DNA of 64,000 nt, from NCBI GenBank assembly GCA_015680685.1, contig MNCI01001868.1, positions 21,621-85,620 of the forward strand. The letters are read 5' to 3'. Below, piece after piece: positions 1 to 15,000 of this stretch. How positions within the stretch are numbered: the stretch's first letter is position 1; every line of letters starts with the position of its first letter. The stretch is from Gnetum montanum (taxonomy: Eukaryota > Plantae > Gnetophyta). Position numbers and translations under genes: made by a program. The notes under the pieces are model-generated. The model saw only the letters and a list, made by a program, of their open reading frames with translations. It was not told the origin of the DNA and made no database searches.

Positions 1-980
1 AGGGAATGTTTTCTGAAATTGATTATAAGGATGAAAACTTGAAAGGGCATCCCAAAATCATTGGGTTTTTTCTTTAAACTCTCTTTTTAATGATCCAATG
101 TACTCTAAATCTTTTAAATATTATTATTCCCTTTTTAGGGTCATCATTAGAAGGAGGCTCTAATGCCTAATTTTATACAATAGATAGAATAAATTAAAAA
201 AAAACATTTTGGATATGATAAATTATGGAAATGAATAAGGTTTCATATCATTAAAAAAACTAAAAATAGTTTTCCCACATCATTGGATAAGCATGAACAT
301 AAATGATATTTTTATCTAGGATTAGGATGATGTTTTTCTATGGTGTTCAATCTTGGATTAGACATTTACATACTTCTAAATATTACTAGGTCATGGTGAA
401 CATAAGTTGTTCATCAATTGGTTAGCTTGCATTGCTTTGCATCCAAAGGTATTAGGTTCAAAATTTGGTATTAGCACCTTATCCTAGAGGTAGGCATATT
501 GAATTGCCTTACCTTTGAAAGAAAGAAGAGAAAAGAGTAGATATAGGTTTTTTAACCATTGTGAAGAATTTTTACAAATTTTTATATGATAGATTATAGA
601 AGTGAATAAGGTTATGTATAAAAAAAATAAAGATGGTTTTGCCACATTATTGGGTAAGTATGCAAATTTTAGGTAAATTGAGCTTTGGAAATAAATGCTA
701 TTGTTATTTTGAATTCTAAGAATGTTTTCATATTATGTTCAATCTTTGTTTTAAGTTGCAATGATATTTTATTTTATAAGGAAACTTATGATATTATTAA
801 CCATTGCAAAAAACTTTTAAGAAATTTAACACAAACTTTAAGTCAATACCTTTTCCCACTATTTTATTGAAACACGTGATATTAAAAAGATTGTTGCTTT
901 ATTAATACATGTTTTTTGAGGTTAAGGTGAGTTGCCTAGGGTGTTGGGAAAAAGCTTAACCAATATCTTTTTATGTTGCA

Positions 981-1064
981 TCATTTACAATTTTACATCT
1001 TCATGGGATATAAAACCATATCATTTACAATTTTACATCTTCATGGGATATAAAACCATATCAT
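981..1064. repeat. Perfect tandem duplication of a 40-bp unit
   Basis: TCATTTACAATTTTACATCTTCATGGGATATAAAACCATA at 981-1020 and 1021-1060, followed by TCAT. Confidence 0.9.
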
Positions 1065-1902
1065 GTAGATACATTATTAGACATGAATATATGTTACATC
1101 ATTAAAGATATGCATTACTTTATGATTTTGATGAGTACCCTTACATTTATAAGCATTCATAATGAAAGTTCAATATCTATTGGATAACTTTATAATTATT
1201 GATGGATAAGCAATAAGTAATGATTTAAGTGATTTCATTGTGAGAAAGGATGGAAAATTGTGCAAGTAAAAGGTTAATGGTTAAAATCCCACTAAGCACT
1301 TTTAAATGATGAAATGTTAGCTTAGTATTAATACTCTTTCTCGAAAGTTTCAACCTAATGTTGTTGTTTTCCCTTTTTTTTTTCTTAAGTTTTAAGTCCC
1401 CCACTGATCATCCCGGACATGTCTCCCCAATTATTCATACATAAAAGTAAAATTTTAAAAACATTTGCTAATTTCATTCGTTGGAAATTTCTTGTATAGT
1501 GCTGCACCGCACATTTTTTTAATATCGCAGTATAATCCGCTAAACCTAAAATCACAACCCCATCATTCGTGCATGAAACTTGTCGGTGGTTTCTGCGTTA
1601 AGATTTCCATTCGTTCGAGTCAGTTCTGTGGCACCTTTTGGAAGTGGAGAAATTTTGGTCATTTTGGTTCATGCAACCTCATCAAAGGCGACTTGCAAAC
1701 CACGACGAATATTGGTGCCATAATTACGCCAAGATAAAGCACAACACAACGAACCATCCAAGCTGTAACAGGAAAGGAGAGGGAACATGGAAATGGAAAT
1801 GGGCGTTACTCTCATCAATAAATACGCCGGCCCGCCCTCTGTCCAGGGATACGTACCATGCATGATGTGCTGTGCAATACAACATTTCCGTCTTTTATGC
1901 CC

Positions 1903-1924
1903 CTCTCTCTCTCTCTCTCTCTCT
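1903..1924. repeat. (CT)n microsatellite upstream of the DUF3339 gene
   Basis: Uninterrupted CT run visible directly. Confidence 0.9.
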
Positions 1925-2489
1925 GGATGTATCGAAGCCAATTCAGTTTCAGTCATTCTCCGTGGTTCCATTTCATTTCATTCCGCTCCATTGTGGATGG
2001 AACATGGAGGGAGTTGCTGCTGCTGCTGCATCGTGGACAACGAACAAGCAACCTAAACGACACGAAAAACAAATGCCTCCCTCAACATGCTTTTCAAAAG
2101 ACAGAGAGAGAGTGATGGATAACGCGCGCTTTGGGACAAATACGAAATGAAAGACACAGAAGCCCTAACTAACCTTGGAGCAAGGACGAAGCGTCTGCTG
2201 TGCATTGTGCGGTTGCATACAAGTCCGTCCGTCTACAAGAAAGCATCATTCCCGAGCCTTTACAGCGTGGCTGCATGCATGACGTTTCATATTCCACAGC
2301 GTAGGGCCCGCAGCTTGACAGGCAGCAATGAATGAATGAATCACGGGGATAAGGCAAGGCTAAGTTCACTTAGCCTTGCAGTGGAGCACGTAGCAGCAGC
2401 GACAATATAACCAGGGTTAGGGCAAGGGCAATCGCAAGCGCGGCGTGGCGAGTGAGTGCGGCAACAATAGCTTAGCTGTGTGAGTTTTC

Positions 2490-2699
2490 ATGGCGGACTG
2501 GGGGCCAGTGCTGATTGGAGTGATTCTGTTCGTGCTGCTGACTCCGGGGCTGTTTTTTCAGTTTCCTGGCAACGGCCGCAAAATAGAGTTCAGCTCCTTC
2601 CACACCAGCGGCATCTCCATCCTGGTGCACGGCCTTATCTTCTTCGGCCTCTACGCCATCTTCGTTATCGCCATTGGCATTCACATATATTTTGGCTGA
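2490..2699 (+). CDS. DUF3339 family small hydrophobic membrane protein (69 aa, intronless)
   Basis: MADWGPVLIGVILFVLLTPGLFFQFPG...HTSGISILVHGLIFFGLYAIFVIAIGIHIY matches the plant DUF3339 signature (MADWGPV...LFxLLxPGLLFQxPG...TSxxSIxVH). GC-rich coding composition; TATA-like CAATATAA at about 2403. Confidence 0.92.
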   Translation: MADWGPVLIGVILFVLLTPGLFFQFPGNGRKIEFSSFHTSGISILVHGLIFFGLYAIFVIAIGIHIYFG

Positions 2700-3737
2700 T
2701 CGATCTAGGGCTTTCATTCCTCATTCCTCTTCATGCTTGCTCAATAACGCACAACAATGAGGTGTTAACCTTCGCCGGATATCCCAGTGCATCACAGGTT
2801 CGATTCTACAAAATCTCAGTGGATCTGAAAATTTTCAGCTTCAGTTTCAGCAATTTGTTGAAAGCCCATCTTCGTACATGTTGTTTTCTTCTGTATCATA
2901 GTGTTGCGATGCACGAATAATTTCGTTTTCGAATGTCAGAAGTGTTCAGCTCGTAGGGCACCCTTGCCATTGACAAGATTTGGCAACTTAATATTTCTCC
3001 ATTTATCTCTTTATGAAGGTTTTTGGCAAATAGTTTTTTACTACGCTACGCTACTTTTACAATTTTTGGCAAAACAGTGTTTTTCCAGAACGGCAACCTT
3101 CACGAATAATGATTATTCGGCAAAAGAATTCGGTTAATAATTACTCTCAAATTTTCGAAACGAGGCCGTTGCATTTGCTTTTTCTTTGCTGGTGATTTCA
3201 TGCCACATTCTATGTGCAATTTTTAACAAATTTAAAATAATAAATAAACAGTTTCTATTTACATCTGTTGAAGGGTGTTATCATCTCCATATCGAACATA
3301 TCGAACTTCATTTTTAAGCAAAGGAAAAAGACACTTATTCAAAAAAAATTTTGGTTCCTCTATTTCAAGGTAGGATGCATAATAAAAGGTATTGCGTTGC
3401 GTTAAGAGTGTTAAAAGAGAATTTTTCATCAGTGTACATATTATAAATATACATTATAAATTTGGCTAATAATACTAATATTAATGGTGGCATTTGTTTT
3501 TTAATTTATAAGCCTTAGCTTCCTGTATGACTTGAAAAGTAGTTAGGGCTTTCATTCATCATTTCACTTACCTACCAGGATGAGGATGAGCATTCGGCTT
3601 CCAAATTCAAATATGATGAGATAGTATGATAAAAGAAGTTTTTGCTTGAATTTATGGAATTGTATGATGTTTGAAATTTTGAAAATTAATTGTAAATTGC
3701 TTCTTCCAAGTGGCTGCGTAAGTCTTATGATTTAAGA

Positions 3738-3857
3738 AACAACATCTTATCATTACTTTTTAAGTGGTGGTCCCAAAAACAACATAACAACATCTTATCA
3801 TTACTTTTAAGTGGTGGTCCCAAAAACATCTTATTGTTACTTCAAGTAGTGGTCCCT
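3738..3857. repeat. Degenerate tandem repeat, about 3 units (AACATCTTATCATTACTTTTAAGTGGTGGTCCC)
   Basis: The motif recurs three times in tandem with small indels. Confidence 0.75.
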
Positions 3858-5957
3858 TATATGTTGGGTGTTGGGTAAAATAAAGGTTCAATGTTCATCT
3901 CGTGAAGGTGGAATCTTAAAAGGGTGATGGATGAGTAAAAACCTACCCTTTTTCAAATGATTCCAAAGTTCTAACTAATGCCACTAGGTATGAAAACTTT
4001 TTTATTATTTTCAAATAAGAATTACTATTAGGAACTTGACTCTTTGGTAACGTCAACATAAGATGATTGTAGCTTCTTAACCCAACTAACTCTAATTGTT
4101 AGCTATGTTTGTGTACATCTTGTTTGTACATCTTGCGTGTTGCTAGATGTAGGGAGCTTTCTTGATGCACCATGATTTAATAGGAAGAATAATTTGTTCT
4201 AAGGCAAATTCTTATGTGATTGTATTGAATATTCTACGAGCACCAAGTGATCATAATTTAAGTATTATGACATTTTTTAAATTTTTAATGTTCATTAGAT
4301 ACTATATACATAAAGAATCATTTCAAAATACTAATCCATAAAAACCCAAGCGGTTAGTTTTGTATTACAAGACACTATTTCAAGTTTTAACTAATAACTA
4401 CTACACTTAGTTTTTTTGTCCCTTGAAAGGTTGGATGATTCTTTTCTGCCTGAAATTCAAAGATCTTGTAAAAATACAAAATTTATGAATATGACATTCA
4501 CACATGGACATTATACGTTTTTTTAATATCTGATCCTAGAAATTTTTCAAATTAAGAATTATAAGTGCTGATATGAACACTGCCTGCCTGAATTTATTTA
4601 ATAGCTAATAACATGAAATTGTCAAAGTTTCCTCGCTCTTAGAGATGACTTTTATTATATTAGTGCTTAAAGACACATGGATAAATACTATTACAAATCT
4701 TAGCCTTAATAGTTATTACTTTTTAATTTCAATAGCATTTTTAGTACCTTCATAACACAATAATATTAAAAGCAACTTATTTATCAGTTCCTATATCCTA
4801 TCATCTACCATGTCAAATTAGCCTAGCAAAATTAGGCTCTTATCATTTTAGCCTAGCAAGATTGGGCTCTTATTATTTTAGAATTGAAGCATATAGATGG
4901 GTCCAAATTCCACGAGAAGAAAGCCCCAATCATTTATAACCATTACATATTCTTGGATTGTCCTATTTTAAAAAAGGTCACCTTAAATGGCATATTTTAG
5001 CTAATGGTTTAATTGAGCTTTTTGAAATAGCACCAAACTTGGTAACTTTATTGATGACATGTTTGCAACACATACTATGCATATTTCTTCTATTCAATAA
5101 ATCTTGAGTGTCTCTAGATCTAATAAAAAGCATTTTAGTTTTAGTTTTAAAAGAATAACCTTGGTATGCTATTTGAAAATTTCAATGTAATGTGGTTTAT
5201 TGCATAGATTCTCTGGCTAATGTTCTCCCTCTATAGGCACAAGGTATCACCAGCCTACACTTTGGCTACAACCTTAAATGTATCCCTTTTCAGTTGTTTC
5301 CTTTTTTGTTTAGAAGGAAGAGTTTTTCAAGATTGGTTGTAAGAATGAAAACCTAAGAAGTCATCACTGATCCCAAAACGTTGGGCCTTGTGCTGTCAAT
5401 GGTATATTTTTAAGGCGCTCCTAACTTGCAAACCACAAGCTAAATGCTCCATGTCAATTAAAAATGTTAATTAAAAATGTTAAAAAAAAATAAAGAAGGA
5501 AAATATATATGGTTGTACTGCTTTAGTTAACATGGATCAGAAGATCCCAGAATACGTCAAATGCATTTAGGGAGCGGGCCAGCAAAAAACCAAGATGAAG
5601 GATGATAGGAGATGACGCTGTTCTAAAAAAGTTTCTCACTTTGCTAATAAGTAATCCTTGTATGCGTCCTTTTTCTATGGGAGGATTACTTCGTCCACTT
5701 TCCCAAAATTGCTAATACAGCTGTGTTTTTTAATAGATGTGCTGCTCATCAAAGGGCATGCTGGCCTTCCGTTATACAAAAAAACCCCAGAAGATTGAAA
5801 ACAATAAACACAAAAGATACACGCACATCAAATTCAAAATGTGCCAAAGGGATAGGACGCACTTAACACACGCATATCGCAGATTACTACTACAATATGC
5901 ACGTCTACGTTACAAGAAAGTTATCAGAAACAGAGACTTCAGCTGTAACTCAACCCC

Positions 5958-6047
5958 TTACAGATCAATGGGGCATCCAGGCCATTTTAACTCTTCAATG
6001 CTACTATCATTTAAACTTCCGTGGACAAATACTTTTGGCTCAGTAAT
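5958..6047 (-). CDS. ALG12: ALG12 terminal exon ([29 protein letters not shown])
   Basis: CAG acceptor; TAA stop at 5960-5958. Confidence 0.88.
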   Translation of the reverse strand: MTEPKVFVHGSLNDSSIEELKWPGCPIDL

Positions 6048-9000
6048 CTGTCAGTGCAACGTTTGAAGCATCAGGCATCAGGTATTTTAAAATAGCTATG
6101 CTTCAAAACAAGCACAACACAAAATGTCAAACGGGTACAATAGAGATATGAGAGAACTTATTATGCACTCACTAGCTGGACAGACGGAATCGAATACTTA
6201 ATTGCTACTCTTGAAAATCCAGATACAGCAAGCAAGCATTTATAACCAGGTATAACTCTGTGCTCACTGTTAGAAAATTAAACTACTTGGAGATTAGAGC
6301 CAAGTAACACAGAAAAACAAGAGTTCAACTGTCAGAATATTACCTACCAGCAAAAACGTTTACAGCTTTATTCGTTATTGTGAGTGGTGGTAAAGTATTG
6401 TGTACATTACTGAAGATCATGGTTGCAGTCGTGTTCAACTATAAATATTTATAAATGTGTAAAATATGCATAATCAAGTCATCCTGACTGTTGGAACTTG
6501 AAGCAAAGGTTTGAAAATCGTACATTCTTGAACGGTGTAAGAAAAGAATATGCTCAGATTAATCCATATCAACTATATACCGTAAAATAATTAAAAGCAA
6601 TATTTCATATATTATAAAGTTAAATCTCACCTCAGAAGATATGTGAAATTTTTTGTACTTAGTTCTTCCATGGGAAGATGCTCTTCCTTTGAATAACTAT
6701 AATTTTTGAAAAAAGTGCAGGTTATAATCAGGCGACTACAAACTTAAGAAAATTCAGATAAAGAATTAATCAGAATTGGAGTGCCTAGAAACTGTCTAAA
6801 GTATTTGACAGGATCAACATGGGTATCAGAAGACCACATTTTATGGGAAATGTACTGCAACTATATAACCATACCTCCAAGGATAATTTCTTTCACAAAA
6901 GCGAGAAATTCCATTCATTGCAGAAAAGGAATCAATGTGGACTATACTTGGAGAACTTCTGCTTGAATCTGTATATTTGAAACATAAAATTTACATGGTC
7001 AAAGTTCTATTTACAAACAGAATCACACTAAGATATCACTTTTCACATGTGAAGCAACATTTATCTGAAACAATTGCAAATGAACAAGGATCTAGATCTT
7101 TATAAAGGTAAATGGCAAAAGAAAACTCATTTAGCTGACCCCATTTTGTTTGGACAAGTTTAAGATGATGGCGATAACAACATTGGAAGCAACATTTATA
7201 TTAGAATAATAGTGTATTGCCCATTTTATGATGAACAATATCTCTGATTTCTTTGAAAACATGTATGATGTTGCAAGTCTTGCAGTTCAGCTTCTTCCAC
7301 CAAGTAGGAAATGGTCAATTTGAGCCATGGTGGTTCCATCTCACTGGTAGACACCATCTTTGCTTAATAGATTGTGCATTTGCTACATTTTTTGTAACTT
7401 CACCGAGTGAGCTCCAAATTCCTTCTTAGTCTTCTCATCTAGTGCAACTTGAGGTGCATATCCACAAATGATGTTGGTGTCTTCTTTCACCAGTACAAGG
7501 TGAAGTGACCTCAAATTCGACAGTAAATTAAACAATAATAGTTAAGTGCCAGTTTTCGTGGGAAAACAGAGAACCTCACCTGTTTCATGAAGAGCAAACA
7601 GTGCATGACCGGCAGGGTAGTTTGCATACGAAGCACCACTCATGAGAACTGTAAAGCCAATGCTGAAAAACATAAAAATAATTACAAGAGCCAACATGAG
7701 GAAATATTAACAGAATATATACCTAAAGCAGCATTAGTAATAAATGCTTCTGACCTTGCAAACAGTGACACAATAACGGCAAAATATAACCACTTCCACG
7801 TGTTTTTCTTCCTGTTATTATAGCTGCACATCAAAAAGTTTTTTTAAAAAAGATCTTGAGGTAAGTATATGTAAACATGTATAAATTTTATAATATTATG
7901 AAATTTTAGCAGAGGATTTCCAATACTTAGCAGATAGGAAAGGGAGAATGACATTGCAATTTGAATAGCAAAAAAACCTTGCATGTGCACACACACTGAT
8001 GCATTTCAGTCATCTATTAATGGAGATTAATGGGATCATAAAAAAAAACAAAAAGAATCCAACCCAGTTAGCACGTATGTTTCACATTGGTTGAGAACGT
8101 GGGAGTGTGGGAGCATGTACACAAACAAGTTTGGGAACAAGGGCTGTCTTATGGGAGCAAAGTCAGATGCATGTGGAACATGACTAAAATAATAAATTAA
8201 AACTATAAAAAAAATTCTTCTCTAAACTCAGTTGAGATTTTTTAGGAAATCTAAACATTAAAACTGGAATTTAATGAAATCATATCTATCAAAATACATT
8301 GATACAATAAATCTAAAAATAGAAAAGATGTTGGTAGAAATGTTCATTTTATTATTTATGAAAGTTTTATCATTGTTATTCATTTCTATAAATATGTTGT
8401 TCACTACAGCTTTATATCATTTTTACTATCAGATGTATTATCTGAACATTAACAAAATTGGGGTGACCAAAGTCTGGGTGGAGTTCTCGTTCAGTTGGGA
8501 ATGCATTTAAGTACCTAAAATGCAGGGAATGAGAAAATTTTTGTGAGAGAGAGCTCTCATGAAACACTGGTTAGGACAGAAGTGTTGAATCTTTTAAGAA
8601 ACATGATTGTAAGCACTACACAAAATTAGATTTGTTCAAATGCTTTTTGAATTTCCATTTTGAAATGTAGAATGATCCTGTGGCGGATTTGGGAGAGGGG
8701 CCTGCTTAGACTAGGAATGATCCCATGGAGTTGGAGGTGCAACTGGGTTTGGCTCGGAGGAGGCAGCTAGGGCTGAGGAGTGTCGTGTTTGGGAGGCTAA
8801 GTTGGTTGCGTGTGAGGAGTTCTTCCAGTGTCATCTTCATGAGACAGAACTGCAACACAGGGAGGAGCTGGAGGAGTTCTGTTGGCAAAGGCTTGCCAAG
8901 GATGCCAAGGCATAGGCTGCTCTCAAAGAGCAACTTAGAAAGGACATCCAGGAGGAGATGTAGAAGGATATCACAAGGTGCTGGAGCAGGAAGCTGATGA

Positions 9001-12000
9001 GCACTAAGCTTGAGTCCCAAGAAGACGTCGAATGATAGAAACAATTAATGTGGGCTCATAAGATCAATACCGTTGCTTGGCTACATGTGGGGAAATGCCC
9101 GTATATAAGGATGCAAATCAATCAGGAGGTTTCTTGGCAGGAGCTTCACCACCATATCAGGCTTGCCTTGGCGAAACTGCATCCTAATGGGGTTGGGTCG
9201 ATTGTATCCTAGGCTAGGAAGGCAGAGGCCTTTAAGCTTTTCTAGGAGGGGGCTACCTTAGTGGACTCCAAGGAGCATCATGCACAGCTGGATGCTCTGC
9301 ACTCTTGGCTGTTTCTGCATTGTCGCTGTGATTAGATGCCCCACCACCCTTGGGGGTGCGAGGGGCGTGAGCCTTTCAATTTTCCCTTTTGTTTTTTTTG
9401 GTTTGTTGTTTCTGTGTCTTGCTGTTGTTGGTCATCGGGGTTGTGGCTTTTGGCTGTTTTCTCTTTTTTCTTTTCTTCAGGTCGATCTATGTATAGTTTG
9501 CCTTGCTACTGGGTGGGATTTGTTTGGAAGCTGCTACTGTGGACATGCAGCCAAGGGCAATTTTGATTCTCAAGGGGAGTGTCCCTGGTTTTGGGGTGTT
9601 CGGTGTCTATTTTCTTAGGGATGGCCTCTCTGCCTCCCTTCTGTCTGTAAATATGTTTTCTTTGAGATGATAGAGTTTTTCCTGAAAGTTTTTCAAAAAA
9701 AGAAAAAAAAAAAGATTGAGGCAGAATAGTCAAAATCAAAATAGGCTAGTGGTGTTTTATGTATTAAATGAATCTCAATAACACTAGAGGGAAAATTTTA
9801 CAGAACAATAATCAGGTGCTAAATGTTGGACTGTAAAAAAGGCATGACTAACTACTCAATGTGGCAGAAATGCAAATAGTTAGATGGATGCTGGATGTTA
9901 CAAGAAGAGATAAACTACACAATACAGATGTCAAAGGAAGGTTTGGAGTCGCTTTTATTTTAGATAATGGTATCTTAAATGGTTTGGCCATGTCCAAAGA
10001 AAATCAGATAATGAGTCTGTCAAAAAAGCTTGCCACATCACAATCCCAGAAAAGCTGCCAAAAGGAAAACAAAATCAAAATTAGAAGCAACAACTCTGAA
10101 GTTTCAAAAAATGTATATTTCCATTAAGGCATTTACTAACAAGTAATTTAATTTTCCTTCCACGGTATGGGAGAGACAGCCATGCATAGTAAATCATCCT
10201 TAGGTCCTTCACCTACCTTGGCGAGTTGCCTGTGTTCCTATGTTGATGGGAAAAAAGCACCAAGATGATGCTATCAGAGATAAGCCTATGCCTGTTTTTA
10301 AATAACCTTGTTATCAATATAAATAAAAACCTATTGGCCCAAATCCAAGAACATTAAGTTGTATAATCCTGAACAAAAAATCAGATAAAATAATATCATG
10401 CAATTCAATTATATTTCAGAGTTGAATAATAACATAAAATAAGAAGAGCTGCATAGAAACCAAAATTACCATACGAGTTATTTAAAAACATAATTGTTTT
10501 ATAAAAAACATACATTCTTGCTGCTGCAGCTGCTGCAGAAATATTTAACATAGGAATCACAAGGATTATAAAACGAAGTTCCTGAACAAAATGAATAAAA
10601 GAATTAGTAATCTTGAATAGAATGCTTTTCATAAAGTAATAACTTAACAGGAAATTTAGTAAAGGAAAGGCAGATAACATACCTTGTGCGGGAGCTTGGA
10701 ATATACAATTACGAAAGTTAAAACAGGAAGCACATATTGAAGTAACCTTCTTTCAAGCACCATGCCCAACTACCAAAAGATGCAACAACAATTTTCGGAA
10801 TAGTTTTATGTTAATACAGTGAATGTCAACATGCAACTCCCAATATACCTTTTTTAAAACATAACTCAAAATGACAGCAAGAGAATTAGCAGGATATTTG
10901 GTAAAAATGGAAAGGTATAAACGAAAGTAATGGCATTCAATATCTATCCCTACAAATTCTAGAAATGAGGAGAAACAAACAAAACAACTTTTTATCTGGT
11001 TGAACAACTATCGTTCTGCAATTAATATCGTTATTCAAATATTTGCTACGGAAACTTTTCAAAAAATTAGCAATGTCTGTTTGCATCTTCCTGGTTAAAG
11101 AACCGTCTCCCTTTTCATTCTCAATTTAGTAAAATTCCACATCAAATGAGGTGCCGCCACCAGGATAGAAACGAATGAGAAATCCCAGTGAAAATTTTCT
11201 GGAAACCTCTGTTCTTATGAATACACAAGACATTTAACAGATACATTCGAGTTGTAAACAATTTAAAGTCCTCCTTGACAACAACCAAGAAAAACTTACA
11301 AAGAAAAAGAAAATATCACAATAACAGATAAATTCTCAATTATCATTTGCATTTGGGCAGCTAGTAGTCGAGTAATTCTAGTAAGCAGATTGCTAATATC
11401 TTCATCATGCAAACTGAAAACAGATAGTATATTTTATAAGCCTACTATCTGGTTTAAACTTTAATTGTGATAAGGAAGACTCCACTGATATCAAGAAGAA
11501 TTCATGCAGAAAGATACATTCCTTGTCTTTGGGAATTGAATGTTTTCTTACAATGGTTAAATGTGAATGTAAAATGTATTTTAATGCCTTAACATGTATA
11601 TTTGTATATAATTTATCATTACAGACTTCCAGAAAAACAAAATTTAATGTTTTCTTTTATATTTAATTTTGGCTATCCAACTGTTGACTGATACATGACT
11701 TACTTTTTTCTGACTCACTGGCTAGCCAGTTTTTGCTAGCATGTCATCTTGCCTACTCTACCAAACTTTGAAAAAAACATAATCCACAAAAATAATTTTA
11801 ATTAATCTACACTAATTCCTCTTTCCTATGGCTACAAAAATGTTTATTTCACTAATGAATCTCTAAAAACAATTTAAAGCTCAAATATATAAAGATGAAT
11901 ACGGTTAGATATACCATTTTAATAATTCTGCAGTTAACAAAAATACAATGCAATGAACAAAGTTGGAAAGTTGGTAACTTACAAAGCATAGGGGAAATGC

Positions 12001-15000
12001 TGCCAACATAGACCGTGGAAGTGCTGAAGTAAAATACCAATGTACTGGAGCGACCTAACAGCAACATTCCAACATTGATAAAAGGATAACAAGAGGTGAA
12101 AGCTATTCAGTATAATTTCTTGAACCAAATATCTACCATAGTCTTTTGAATATTGTGCTAGGCCTGATATTACAATCGTGAAATAATTCATAAACACAAG
12201 TGCTTAGTCAGCATGTTTAATATATCATTGTATAGAGAAGCATATATTTTGTATATTAAGGAGCGTGTTAAATTTGAGCACACATGCACATAATGATCAC
12301 TACAACCACCTTGGCCCTATTAAAATGGGAATGACCCATTAGGTTCGGCAGGCGATGTGATGATTATTGTTTATGACCGGCTGTTTACATGAAACCACCC
12401 TCAACAAATAGTTTTACCATATCCCTGGTTGCCACATTGACCTTGAACCATCAAGTTCTTGGCCACAACAAAAGTGCCCTAACCGTGCACATATGCACAT
12501 TTATTCCCTAAAAGAAAACTGTACAGTTAATCTCCATATCTTCACATAAAAAAGGACTCTCACCTTCATTGAAACATTTTCAGTTATTTGGTCATGGAGT
12601 TTCCTAGTTTTCCAGTAAATGTCACCAACTTCTTAAATCCTTATTCACATTGTCATACTGATGATTGCAATACTTACAATACCTGGAAATAACGTATCTC
12701 AAGGAGTTTTTACAGTACAGGCAAAATATATAGCTTATATTGTATCATAGCAAGCTTCCCCCAAGCAACTAGTACAGAATCCATTAAGCAAATCTTAGAA
12801 ATTTGGTTTGGAGACTGGAGGCTGTGTCAGTGGTCCAGTGCAGACAAACACTCCCATAACTTCCACAAACCTCACCTTGTCTCTCAAAATTCTGCTTCAA
12901 CCACCTTTGCAGACAGCTTTTAGTTCTCTGTGTTTGATTGCTGAATGATATGCATATTATAGTTTTAATGTTTCATTTTAATTTTTTACGTTTCATTTGT
13001 TAACAGGGGCAAGCTCCTGTACATTCAAAGTGTGCTCCTACGTAGTTGAAACTTGCTTACAGAACACATACTTGCAGTTGCATCCAAAATGTGCTCTTAC
13101 AGCGCATTTGAAGTTTCCCACTTCCATGATGCAGAAAGTGTGAAACATTCTTTCCACTCTAACATAACACTCAAAATATCTCCATTACAAAACAATATAA
13201 TTGAGAGTATTTCTGGTTAATTCGACTAAGAGAGAAAGTAACTATCAACACTTTTGCATGTTTTGTTATGAATTAACATGTATTATGTTAGGGCATTCAT
13301 AGCGATACATGACTGACTTCATATATTCCTAAAATGAAACTACATAGGACAATGCAAATTTAGATTTAGCAGATCTGACAAACAGCATGAAAGTAAAAAT
13401 ATGAAACAGAAAGACGAACAAAAATAAAAAGGTTTCTTATTAAATAGTATCATTGCAATATAAAAAAAATGCTTTTAGGATACACCCCACTCAGAGCTAC
13501 GGTTCAAAACAGAATTGAACCAGAAGACCTCCATCTCTGGCCATATGATTCTTTTCCACATTAGCGAGTCAACACACATTGTTAAAGCTGGATAACATAG
13601 CATGGAAAGAATCAATTTTTAGTAATCTGAACTAAATGAATATTGAAATCAAAACAGATAAAAAACCAATGCTAAACCTATAGACAAAATAGCTGCAATG
13701 GTGCAATATTTGAAAGCATCCCAGAATTTTATCTTCTTGCTCTGTTATCAAAGAAAGAAACAGAATGAGAACTAAATATTTTGTGTTTTAGATTGGAGTA
13801 TTACACTAATCTAATTCTATAATAATGGAACCCAGAAGAAAGCACAAACTGTGAAAGAGCATTTCAATATGACCAGACAATAACATTAAAATATCAATTA
13901 TTGCTAAACCACAATCATTGAGATTCTCGGCAAATTCAACAAGAACATTAAATCTGAGATCTGGAAGTAAATATGACTAGAACATACAAGCACCATATTC
14001 CAATAAATTTCATAATTCCATCACGAAAATTTTAAAACAAAAATTATCCTAGGAAACTAGGGGAGCACATACACAGGACTGAACCTGATTTCCTTAATAT
14101 AAGAAAATAAATTTTTTTTTTGACAAAATATTCGGGAGTATATTACTGAAAAAAGAAATATAGTACAGGGAATTACAAATCGTGGGTCATCAGTAATGGC
14201 CCTCAGTCACAAAGAAAGTGGAGGCTATTTGGAGATGCTACTCTTCAAATCAAGACCCTAAGGATTTTCTTGAGGAAGGTCTAAGATAGGTGAACCAATG
14301 TATTAAGAGGTGGTCGTCTATATAGTGTTTTCCCTTTTAAGTATATCAAGCAAGATTGGCAGTGGCACCTTTAAGAAGTTTAATCAGAGCAGGAATCAAA
14401 GATCTTGAAAGAACTGCAGGAAATTTATGCAGATAAGGAGATTTATTAGAGACAATGATCCCAAATTAATTGGCTGAGAGAAGGGGACTGTAATACTAAG
14501 TTTTCTCATGCTGCAACTAAGGCTCACAAGAACTTGAATCACATTCGTATGCTTAAGCTCAGGGGCAGGGTCACCATGGATGAGGATGAGATTGCCACTA
14601 TTTTGAAGAACTTCCGATGGAATATTTGAAAGAAGAAGAATACTAAGAGTTTACCAGTGCAGGTTAGAACAGTTCTACATGAGCAGGATAACAGTAATCT
14701 TTTAGCACCAATTACCAGTCAAGAGATTTGGACTACCATTGCTTGAGGACAATGTTGTTGATGCTTTCAACCTCATGTTGATGTGGGGGCAGGTCCATCA
14801 AGAGGTAAACTACTCTAGGATGATTTTCATTCTCAAGAGAGAGGATCTTAGTACACCAACTAACTATAGATCTACTGGGGTGTGTAATTCCTTGATGAGG
14901 GTGTTTTTTAAGATTCTGGTTAGCCGCTTTTCTCCTTTACTATACAAGCTAGTGGGGAAACACTACACAAGGTTTGTTCTAAGATGCTTTATTTAGGATC

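Noticed and set aside
1465-2369. Cluster of short overlapping ORFs upstream of DUF3339
   Set aside because: No recognisable protein motifs; they run through CT and CTG microsatellites and look like promoter or UTR sequence.
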